A stretch of 63,692 bases of DNA, the filler included, from Candidatus Babelota bacterium (GTDB lineage: Bacteria > JAGOBX01): the NCBI GenBank assembly GCA_017999075.1. It is 8 parts of 8 records of this genome, joined end to end, with 100 filler letters (N's around TTAATTAATTAA, not from the genome) between each part and the next. Parts side by side here need not be neighbours in the genome. Positions count along the whole stretch, not along the records: positions 8,098 to 16,092 come from JAGOBX010000148.1; positions 16,193 to 24,050 come from JAGOBX010000149.1; 6 more parts are not named here. The stretch is one strand, 5' to 3'. Below are positions 9,198 to 17,770 of this stretch, piece after piece; within the stretch, counting starts at the first letter, position 1, and each line of letters begins with the position of its first letter. A program made the position numbers and the translations under genes. The notes beneath the pieces are model-generated. The model made no database searches and had not been told where the DNA came from. It was given only the letters and a program-made list of their open reading frames with translations.

Positions 9198-10943
9198 TTA
9201 TAAATACCGTATTTCACCAAATGAATCCACCAAAATTTTATTTTTAATGTTAAAACAGTTTAACAGTTCTATCACATTATAATAATTATTTATTCTAATA
9301 TTTCTAACTGGAATTATAACAAAATCATATTGTTCGGTATTTATTTCATTAATCATTGCTAATGAAAAACATTCTTTTTTTATAAATCCGTTGCCATAAA
9401 AATATTTTCTATAAAATTCATGATTTTTTATATACTTTGCTGCTTCCTCCTGAAGTATAATGCTTTTGCTTAAATTTTTATTCAAACTTTCAATAATAAT
9501 CTCAACCAGCCACATTCTATAAGAACGTATCAAAAGAATTTTATCTGAACATTGTAAAATTGAATTCAACTTTTTTTTTATATTTTTGTCAAACCCATAA
9601 TTTTGAGCGCGAATCTTTAATCCCTCATCATATTTATCCAATGCACTTTTAAATGTAGCGTCAATTTCCGTTTTACTATAATCAGGATATGAAACAACGC
9701 TTCCTTTACCTCCGTCAAATGAAAGCCAATCTTCGGTTATTAAATATTTTTTTTCTTTAACTTCTTTAAAGAAAGGAGTTCCGGGTTGAGGAGTATTTAT
9801 CGAAACTTGTATATCATTAAGTAAATTATTTGAAATTAAATCATAAATTAATTTTACAGTTTTATTATCCTCGTCTTTTGTTGAACCTAATCCTCCTATT
9901 GTAAATGTTCCATACATTTTTAATCCAATTTTTTTAGAATAATCAAGCACCTCATAAAGTTTTGGAATATTAAACTTATTTTTCAAATTCATTTTTTCTG
10001 CAATTATCGGAGAAGCTGTTTCTATTCCTATTCTAAGCTTATAATATCCCGCTTCCTTCATATAATCCATAACTTCTTCATTCAGCGGATAGTATTCACA
10101 CATAGCATCGATTTTTAAATTATTCAATTTTTCCAAAATAATAGATTTACAAAGGTTTATAACAGCAGCAGGTCTAACATTATGCACTTCTTCATCAAAA
10201 AAAAGGCCTTCCATTTCAGAATATTTATTTCCAAGATATTTAATTTCAGAAATAATTGATTCTGATTTTCTGCATCTCCAGTTTGGTTTGTTATAATATA
10301 AATTTCCGCAAACACAAAATGAACATTTCATAGGACAACCGCGCGAAGTATAAAATTGAATTTCCTTGTATTCACAATTCGGTTCGAAATATTTTATGCG
10401 GCTTATATCTTCATCTTCAGGAAATGGCAATGCATCTATATCTAATAAATCATTATGCCCGTTCGGATAAACACCTTTAATATGTTCAATATTAAAATTT
10501 GAACTAATCAGATTTAACACTGAGTTTTCATATTCTCCAGGACAAACATAATCTGCAGTTTGTTTTAATATTTCAGGCGCACCAGCAGCAAGACCTCCGC
10601 AAAAAATAATTTTTGAATTAAACACATTTTTAATTTTTTTGCATAAAATACTGTCTTCAGCATACGTTCTCGCAGAAGGTTCCATTATAAGAATATCTGG
10701 TTTTAAAGCCGAAATAGTTTTAAAATAATTCGCCGAATCCTGCCTGTTAAGAATTCCATCAACCATAGCGATATTATGATTTGGAAAATTGTGTTTTAAT
10801 AAAGACGTTGTATATGCGAGTTCCCACGGATAATAAATGCAATCTGTAAAATTCTTAACTCCAAGAGACCATCGGCTCGGTGAATGCACTATATAATAAC
10901 CGTTTTTATCAATACCAACAGAATTAGCTATTACAATATTCAT
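9198..10943 (-). CDS. Cobalamin-binding-domain radical SAM protein (HpnJ-like N-terminus) with C-terminal extension
   Basis: SRGCPMKCSFC motif, FFDEE, GIET, PQPGTPF; N-terminal SRWS...YYPWELAY. Confidence 0.82.
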   Translation of the reverse strand: MNIVIANSVGIDKNGYYIVHSPSRWSLGVKNFTDCIYYPWELAYTTSLLKHNFPNHNIAMVDGILNRQDSANYFKTISALKPDILIMEPSARTYAEDSILCKKIKNVFNSKIIFCGGLAAGAPEILKQTADYVCPGEYENSVLNLISSNFNIEHIKGVYPNGHNDLLDIDALPFPEDEDISRIKYFEPNCEYKEIQFYTSRGCPMKCSFCVCGNLYYNKPNWRCRKSESIISEIKYLGNKYSEMEGLFFDEEVHNVRPAAVINLCKSIILEKLNNLKIDAMCEYYPLNEEVMDYMKEAGYYKLRIGIETASPIIAEKMNLKNKFNIPKLYEVLDYSKKIGLKMYGTFTIGGLGSTKDEDNKTVKLIYDLISNNLLNDIQVSINTPQPGTPFFKEVKEKKYLITEDWLSFDGGKGSVVSYPDYSKTEIDATFKSALDKYDEGLKIRAQNYGFDKNIKKKLNSILQCSDKILLIRSYRMWLVEIIIESLNKNLSKSIILQEEAAKYIKNHEFYRKYFYGNGFIKKECFSLAMINEINTEQYDFVIIPVRNIRINNYYNVIELLNCFNIKNKILVDSFGEIRYL

Positions 10944-10995
10944 AATTTATCCTTATCATCCGTTCCTTTTTCATATATATTTTTCGTTTTATTTT

Positions 10996-11628
10996 TTACT
11001 TATCAAAATTATTATTAATCATATTTATAATTTTTAAAGCAATTTTTTTATTAATACCTTCTACATTTTTCAATTCACTTTCGCTTGCATTTACAATATT
11101 TTTTATGTTTCCGAAATATTCAAGCAATCGTTTTGCCCTTATTTTTCCAACATTAGGCAATCCCTGCAAAGTATATAACATCTTTCCTTTAATTTTTTTA
11201 GGTTTATACCCGCATCTTTTCAGTAATTCATTATTTTTATTTTCAAAATGCTTTTTAATTAATAATATGCGACTAAAACTATCTTCTAAAGTTTTGGTGA
11301 ACATAACAGAAACCCCAATCATTATTGAAATTTCTATCAACGCTCCTTCAAGCGCATTTCTATTAAAATCAAATTTTGTTTTAAAAGGGTTTCCCTAAAT
11401 TATCAAACATCTATAATTAAAATTTTTCACTAAATTAATTACTTGCTTAAACAATCTTCCATCGATTATTGAAACAACAAAATCATCCGCTGTTTTTCGT
11501 TCTATTGCCAATTGATTGGAAATTAAATAATCACCATATTCTAATTTTAATATTTTAAATTCTTCTCCGGAAGTTTTGAATAATTCTAATATTCCTGAAT
11601 GTTCTTCCCTGTAATCAATTGTTATCAT
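10996..11628 (-). pseudogene. ERCC4/XPF-type nuclease with C-terminal HhH, interrupted by one in-frame TAG
   Basis: IDYRE, GDY, ERKTADDF..SIIDGRLFKQ, then LII*G (TAG at 11397-11395), continuing in the same frame to LPNVG...VEGI HhH motifs. Confidence 0.85.
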
Positions 11629-12242
11629 ATATTTTTAACTTTAAAAACAAATTTATAATTATAAAAAAATAATATAACGATTATGAAATTAAAAATATAA
11701 AAAGAAATTTCTATATTAAAAATATCAGTCAAAATTAAAAGCCAAAAAATTAAATCAATTTTTAAAAAACCAACTTTATATAAATCATAATTATTAAAAT
11801 ACGCAGTATCAATTTTTTTTATAATTTCTTTATTTTTCAAAACAAAATCGCGAGAAATAGAAATAAAAGGCAGCATTGAAAATATGAAAAATAAAACATA
11901 AATACCGCCAGTCACAAAAGCAAGAAAAAAAAGATTTAATTCAACAGCAATTTTTAATATGGTAAAAAAAGTAATCAGTCTTTGTTTAAATAATATAATA
12001 TGTTTGTAAAATAAACTCAACCGATATTTTTTGAATAAATAATAACTAAAAAAAATATTAGAAATATAAACGATTATTAAAAAAAAACGGTTATTTATAT
12101 TTAAAACATAAATATTAGCTATAAATAATAAGAAATCCATCAATATAAAATATGTATTGCATTTCTTTTTACTATTAATTTCCACATTGAAGCTTAAAAA
12201 ATACTCGATAAATCTATTGGTAAAATTATTATAATTATTCAT
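11625..12242 (-). CDS. Hypothetical polytopic membrane protein
   Basis: 205-aa hydrophobic ORF overlapping both neighbours (translational coupling). Confidence 0.6.
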   Translation of the reverse strand: MNNYNNFTNRFIEYFLSFNVEINSKKKCNTYFILMDFLLFIANIYVLNINNRFFLIIVYISNIFFSYYLFKKYRLSLFYKHIILFKQRLITFFTILKIAVELNLFFLAFVTGGIYVLFFIFSMLPFISISRDFVLKNKEIIKKIDTAYFNNYDLYKVGFLKIDLIFWLLILTDIFNIEISFYIFNFIIVILFFYNYKFVFKVKNI

Positions 12243-13584
12243 TATTTTTCAACCAAAATCCGATAAACTTTTGAAATCCCGATATAAAATTGTAAACCGC
12301 GTAAACAAGTATTGTAGGTAATATAAAATTAAAAATAACTCCCATACTAATAATGCCCATCCATACATCACGAGTTATATTGACGGTTGTTTTATCTATA
12401 ATTTGAAAAATTCCAAAAAATTTGTTGGGAGTTTTTTCTTTAACCAACAATCCCGAAAACCAAGCGAAATTTCCAAGCCCGTAATATATTAAATATGATA
12501 AAAGTAAAAAATATCCTGCATAAAAAATATAATTACTTCCGGTCCTAATAAATTCATATTGAATCAGAAAACAAAAAATTATAAATTCTCCAAGCCTATC
12601 AAACAACTGATCAAGAAAAGCTCCTTTAACTGAACCTTGAAATTTTAATCGAGAAATCTCTCCGTCAATACCGTCTGCAATTGAAAATATCTGAATTAAA
12701 ATCCCGCCTGATATTCTATGACCTAAACCTATAAAAAACGCAGTTAATATTCCAAATAAAAAAACAATAAAAGAAATCTGATTCGGGGTTACAGGATAAC
12801 CGGCAATTTTTTTAGTTATAAATAAAGAAATTTTTCTATTTACCTTACGAGATAAAATTCCGTCAGTTGACTTTATTAAATTATTTAATAATATTTTTTC
12901 GGCATTTTTATATCCATCAAAATGGTCAATATCCTGCCAATAAAAATTTTGAATATCAAAAAACTTCATATTTCCCGCTTCAATAATCTGTTTGATTCCG
13001 CCAGATAAAGATTCATCCCCTGAAGATATTGATTTTTCAAGACAATCAAATAAAAATTTATTACACTTAAACATCCCGCAATCAACGGCATTGTAAACGT
13101 CCAATTTCTTATGAATCTTTAAAATTTTTTTTTCGTCAATCAAAACTTTAGTTGCATCGTCAATATCAAAAATGTCATCAATTCTCTTGTCAATAACAAG
13201 ACATGCTTCATTATAAGACAATTGAATTTTTCTAACATCATACGGGAGTCTGTTTTCAAACAGATGATCTGACATTAACAAAAGAAATTCATCATCACCC
13301 ACAAATTCTTTTGCACAATATACTGAAACGCCGTTAGCTTTAGTATTCCAATCCTTATTATAAATAAATTTTATGTCAGGATATTTCAAAGAAACATAAT
13401 CAACTAATTTTTGAGACTCATATCCTGTAATAATTGCAATATCATTTATATCCGCATCAATTAAAGGCTTGATAATTCTGTCAATTATTTTCAATCCTAA
13501 AATATCTATAAGACATTTTGGCCCGTCATTAGAAATTTGCTTGATTCTGCTGCCTTGACCTGCAGCTATAATAATTGCTTTCAT
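12235..13584 (-). CDS. Bifunctional inositol-1-phosphate cytidylyltransferase / CDP-alcohol phosphotransferase (IPCT/DIPPS family)
   Basis: AAGQGSR, PKCL, LMSDH, DDATKV, AVDCG, WQDID; then DG..SRKVNRKIS, TPNQIS and motif DGIDGEISRLKFQGSVKGAFLDQLFD. Confidence 0.9.
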   Translation of the reverse strand: MKAIIIAAGQGSRIKQISNDGPKCLIDILGLKIIDRIIKPLIDADINDIAIITGYESQKLVDYVSLKYPDIKFIYNKDWNTKANGVSVYCAKEFVGDDEFLLLMSDHLFENRLPYDVRKIQLSYNEACLVIDKRIDDIFDIDDATKVLIDEKKILKIHKKLDVYNAVDCGMFKCNKFLFDCLEKSISSGDESLSGGIKQIIEAGNMKFFDIQNFYWQDIDHFDGYKNAEKILLNNLIKSTDGILSRKVNRKISLFITKKIAGYPVTPNQISFIVFLFGILTAFFIGLGHRISGGILIQIFSIADGIDGEISRLKFQGSVKGAFLDQLFDRLGEFIIFCFLIQYEFIRTGSNYIFYAGYFLLLSYLIYYGLGNFAWFSGLLVKEKTPNKFFGIFQIIDKTTVNITRDVWMGIISMGVIFNFILPTILVYAVYNFISGFQKFIGFWLKNNE

Positions 13585-13589
13585 AATTG

Positions 13590-13895
13590 TTAATTTTTCA
13601 CCGTATTTTTACGATCAAATAATTTTTCAAAATTATTTATAACACTAATAATCCTTCTATTTTTCAATTTATAATAAACATATTTTCCTTTAATCCTGCA
13701 GTTTACTAAATAAAGATTTTTTAATATTGAAAGATGTTTTGAAGTCGTAGAAACTGAAGAATTTAATATCCTTGACAATTCTGTTATTGAAATTTCATCA
13801 TTCCCGCTTAAAACTTTCAAAACTAAAAATCTGGTTTTATTGGAAAGACATTTAAAAAATCTAATCAATCTATACTGATTTTCGTTTAATTTCAT
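13590..13895 (-). CDS. ArsR/SmtB-family transcriptional regulator
   Basis: FKCLSNKTRFLVL...SKHLSILK..LV...GKYVYY; start moved to ATG 13895, which follows a GGAGG SD. Confidence 0.88.
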   Translation of the reverse strand: MKLNENQYRLIRFFKCLSNKTRFLVLKVLSGNDEISITELSRILNSSVSTTSKHLSILKNLYLVNCRIKGKYVYYKLKNRRIISVINNFEKLFDRKNTVKN

Positions 13896-13966
13896 TTTTC
13901 CCTCCAATTTTAATTATTTCCTCACTTTCTCAATTGCCAAACATGGAAAGTGACAAATAAACTTAA

Positions 13967-15271
13967 TTAATCAGATTCAATAGAATGATCTATTGGTTCC
14001 TCTCCAATAAGTATCCTTAAAGTATTTTTTAATTTCATATGTTGTATAAACAGATCGTGTTCCGGACTTATTCCTTTCGGGGTCATTGGTGATTTCCAGT
14101 AAAAACTAAGCCAATGTTGTATTCCTGTTAATCCAAGTCTAGATGCCAAATCTATGAATAAAACTAAATCTAAAACTACAGGCGCAGCTAAAATCGAATC
14201 ACGGCACAAAAAATTGACTTTTATTTGCATTGGCATACCTAACCATCCAAATATATCTATATTATCCCAACTTTCTTTTGAATCACCACGCGGCGGATAA
14301 TAATTTATTCTAACTTTATGATATAAATCTTTATATAATTCAGGATACATATCAGGTTGAAATATCGTATCTAAAACAGAAAGTTTACTTTTTTCTTTCG
14401 TCTTAAACGATTCCGGATCGTCTAAAATTTCCCCGTCTCTATTCCCAAGTATGTTAGTTGAAAACCATCCGTTAACGCCAAGCATTTTTGCCTTCAATCC
14501 AGGAGACAGCAATGTTTTCATCATTGTTTGACCGGTTTTAAAATCTTTTCCTCCGATAGGTGTTTTAGTTTTATCTGCCAATTCAACCAATGCCGGAATA
14601 TCTACAGAAAGATTGGGCGCTCCATTGCAGTAAGGAATTTTTTCTCTTAAAGCTGCATACGCATATATCATTGAAGGAGATATGTATTTATTGTTTTCTC
14701 TTAATCCTTTCTCAAAATCTTTAAGATTTTTATGAACAACTTTTGTTTCCTGATATATTTCTGTACTGCCGCACCAAACCATAACGCATCTGTCAATTTT
14801 ATTTTTTTTCTTAAAATCCTTAATATCGTCTATCAATTTTTCAGCAGCTTCCATTTTATTTTTATATGTTTTCAAATGCGGTCCATCAAGTTTCTTAACA
14901 AATTTTTTTTCAAAGACAGCTTTATATGGTTTTATTTTTTTCAATTCATTTTTCACTTTATCAAGCATTTCTCTTGGTAAAACTCCTGCTATAACAGCAG
15001 ATTCGTATGCATCATCTGGAAAAACATCCCACGCAGCAAATTCCAAATCTTTCAAATTAGCAATAGGAACAACATCTTTAATAAAAGGGCTTTTGTTATC
15101 ACTCCTTTTGCCAAGTCTTATAGTTTGCATCTGTGTCAACGAACCAAACGGACGCGCAAGACCTTTTCTGATTAAACATACTCCTGCAATAAAAGTGCTG
15201 CTTACTGCCCCAAGTCCCGGAAGCAAAACTCCCAATTTGCCATTAACTTTAATTAAATTATTTTTTTTCAT
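13967..15271 (-). CDS. ino1: myo-inositol-1-phosphate synthase
   Basis: GLGAVSST, WCGSTE, NGAPN, GKDFKTGQT, NILGNRDG, CRDSILAAP. Confidence 0.95.
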   Translation of the reverse strand: MKKNNLIKVNGKLGVLLPGLGAVSSTFIAGVCLIRKGLARPFGSLTQMQTIRLGKRSDNKSPFIKDVVPIANLKDLEFAAWDVFPDDAYESAVIAGVLPREMLDKVKNELKKIKPYKAVFEKKFVKKLDGPHLKTYKNKMEAAEKLIDDIKDFKKKNKIDRCVMVWCGSTEIYQETKVVHKNLKDFEKGLRENNKYISPSMIYAYAALREKIPYCNGAPNLSVDIPALVELADKTKTPIGGKDFKTGQTMMKTLLSPGLKAKMLGVNGWFSTNILGNRDGEILDDPESFKTKEKSKLSVLDTIFQPDMYPELYKDLYHKVRINYYPPRGDSKESWDNIDIFGWLGMPMQIKVNFLCRDSILAAPVVLDLVLFIDLASRLGLTGIQHWLSFYWKSPMTPKGISPEHDLFIQHMKLKNTLRILIGEEPIDHSIESD

Positions 15272-15342
15272 TTTTTAATTCCTTTATATTATATAAAAAT
15301 TTAATATGTATTTTTAAATAGAAAAATTTCTATTTAAATTCT

Positions 15343-16071
15343 TTATTTCGACCATATAACCAAAGATTCTTCTGAATCAATTAATTTTTCTTCACTCTCC
15401 AATTTAAATCCTATATTTAACATTATTTTTTTATACTTATCTTTTTTTATTTTATTTAAATGCATCGGTAAATCTTCTGAATTTTTAAAACAAATTTGTA
15501 AAATCAATTTACCTTTGTTTTTTAAAAATAAAAAAAAGTCACTTAATACTTTTTCAGGTTCATTCAAATGTTCTATTACATCCAAACATATAATTTTTTC
15601 AAAAAAATTTTTCGGCATTTCATCAATCTGAAGTTTGAAATATTTGTAATCATAATTTCTTATATCAAATCTTTTTCTGCAGAATTCAAATGTTTGTGTG
15701 TCCAAATCTGCTAAATATATTTGTTTAAAATTGTTTTTATATAAATATAAACTTAAATTGCCAACTCCGCATCCAAAATCCAATATTTTATCAGTTGGCA
15801 AAATGTTTGATTTGATTTTTGGAAAAAGATTGCATCTTGCACCATAATAATTATTTTCTTTTAACAGCTCATAAATATAATAATCACAATTTTTATAAAA
15901 ATCTTCTATTTTATCGTTTGAACCCCTGTTTTTTTTCAACCATTCTTTTTTTCCATTTTGGGTGGGATTAATAAAATTTTTTTCAATATCCTCATTATTC
16001 AGGTCAAGTATATATCTTATTTCTCCATAAATTTCTTTTTTTTGGCAATCATTTTTTTTTTCTCTTAGCAA
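15343..16071 (-). CDS. Class I SAM-dependent methyltransferase (start uncertain)
   Basis: ILDFGCGVG, ICLDVIEHL, LKNKG. Confidence 0.85.
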   Translation of the reverse strand: MLREKKNDCQKKEIYGEIRYILDLNNEDIEKNFINPTQNGKKEWLKKNRGSNDKIEDFYKNCDYYIYELLKENNYYGARCNLFPKIKSNILPTDKILDFGCGVGNLSLYLYKNNFKQIYLADLDTQTFEFCRKRFDIRNYDYKYFKLQIDEMPKNFFEKIICLDVIEHLNEPEKVLSDFFLFLKNKGKLILQICFKNSEDLPMHLNKIKKDKYKKIMLNIGFKLESEEKLIDSEESLVIWSK

Positions 16072-16092
16072 TCAAATCATCAAAACAGGTTA

Positions 16093-16192
16093 NNNNNNNN
16101 NNNNNNNNNNNNNNNNNNNNNNNNNNNNNNNNNNNNTTAATTAATTAANNNNNNNNNNNNNNNNNNNNNNNNNNNNNNNNNNNNNNNNNNNN
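16093..16192. other. Artificial contig spacer
   Basis: N-run with TTAATTAATTAA. Confidence 0.99.
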
Positions 16193-16636
16193 ATAAGAGA
16201 TATAATTCATACTGTAAAAGGAACATCGGCAAATATAGGAGCAGAAAAATTATTTTTGACGTCAAAAAAAATCCTTGAAAATAACTCGGAAATCTCTGAG
16301 TCAGAACTTGAACTGTTTATTTCGGAATTAAAATTTGTAGGCAATTCTATCATTAATTTTCTTAAACAGGAAGAAAAAATCATAGATTCTTCGTCTCAAC
16401 CGCGTCTTGATTTAAAAAATGAAAAAGATGCCTGCAATAAAGAATTGACTTATTTGCTGAATTTACTTAAAAATTTCAATGCTGAAGCTCTGCCTGTTTT
16501 CAATGAAATCATAAAAAAATATGATTTGAAAAAATATGAATATGAATTTCAAAGTCTTCAAAGACTGATTTTTTCTTATTCATTTGAAGAATGCGCCGTT
16601 TTAGTTGAACGGCTGATTGAAAAAATTAATTTATAA
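16193..16636 (+). CDS. C-terminal Hpt domain of a hybrid sensor kinase; 5'-partial
   Basis: Frame open from contig start: IIHTVKGTSANIGA (Hpt motif). Confidence 0.8.
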   Translation: MRDIIHTVKGTSANIGAEKLFLTSKKILENNSEISESELELFISELKFVGNSIINFLKQEEKIIDSSSQPRLDLKNEKDACNKELTYLLNLLKNFNAEALPVFNEIIKKYDLKKYEYEFQSLQRLIFSYSFEECAVLVERLIEKINL

Positions 16637-16658
16637 AATAAAGTCGGAGGATACAAAA

Positions 16659-17717
16659 ATGTCTGATAAAACTAAACCTCTATTGCTCATTGTAGATGAT
16701 TCGCCGGAAAATATCGAAATACTGAGAAATATACTTGCCGGAGATTATGTTATTAAAGTAGCAACTAACGGAGAAACCGCTCTTCAGATATGCTCTCACA
16801 AAGATAAACCAGACCTGATTCTGCTGGATATTATAATGCCCGGACTAAACGGTTATGAAGTATGCAAAATATTAAAAAATCAGCATACCACTTGCGATAT
16901 TCCGATAGTGATTATTTCAGCTAAAAACAAAACTGATGATGAGATAAAAGGTCTTAATTTCGGCGCTTTGGATTATATCTCCAGACCTTTTGAACCTGAA
17001 ATAGTTAAAATGAGAGTACGCAATATTCTTGCTCTTGTAGAAGCTAATAAATTAAAAGAAGACATAAATAACATATTAAAACACGATGTCCGAACTCCTT
17101 TGACTGTTATATTGCTTAATGCGCGTGATTCTTTAAATTCTCTCGATGATAAAGAAAATATTGCTTACAACCTTAAAAACATAATCGAATGTGCACAAAA
17201 TATAAATTCAATGATGAATGCTTCACTTGAATTATACAAAATTGAACGGGGAGTATTTAATTTCTACCCAAAAAAAATAGACCTAAAAGATGTGGTGGAA
17301 AAAGCAATCGACAGTATGATAAAAATAGCGGAAATTAAACAAATAAAAATTAAATTATGCAGTTTAAAAGATTACTACAAAATCAGCGGCGATATGCTTC
17401 TAATCCATTCTGTAATATTAAACCTTATAAAAAATGCTGTAGAAGCATCTCCTGAAAATAAAACAATTGAAATAAACGCAAGCAGTTTTGAAAAAGGTAA
17501 AATATTACTTTCTATAACTAATTGTGGAACCATACCGGCTGAAATCAGAAATGAAATTTTCAAAAAATACGTTACATTCGGCAAAACTAAAGGATCCGGT
17601 CTCGGATTATATTCTGCAAGGCTTATGGTTGAAGTTATGAATGGAACTATATCATTTGAAACTGATGATGAAAAAGGGCAGACAAAATTCAATATTTTAT
17701 TGAATGAATATATTTAA
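16659..17717 (+). CDS. Hybrid response regulator-histidine kinase
   Basis: IVDDSPEN, LLDIIMP; KHDVRTPL; NLIKNAVEAS; GSGLGL; ATG 16659 after GGAGG. Confidence 0.9.
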   Translation: MSDKTKPLLLIVDDSPENIEILRNILAGDYVIKVATNGETALQICSHKDKPDLILLDIIMPGLNGYEVCKILKNQHTTCDIPIVIISAKNKTDDEIKGLNFGALDYISRPFEPEIVKMRVRNILALVEANKLKEDINNILKHDVRTPLTVILLNARDSLNSLDDKENIAYNLKNIIECAQNINSMMNASLELYKIERGVFNFYPKKIDLKDVVEKAIDSMIKIAEIKQIKIKLCSLKDYYKISGDMLLIHSVILNLIKNAVEASPENKTIEINASSFEKGKILLSITNCGTIPAEIRNEIFKKYVTFGKTKGSGLGLYSARLMVEVMNGTISFETDDEKGQTKFNILLNEYI

Positions 17718-17770
17718 ATTCATACCCTGAAGAAGTCCTGCTTTATTTTATGATTTAAAAATCATAAATT

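Noticed and set aside
17747..17768. AT-only hairpin between convergent genes
   Set aside because: Possibly a weak terminator, but too AT-rich to support as a feature.
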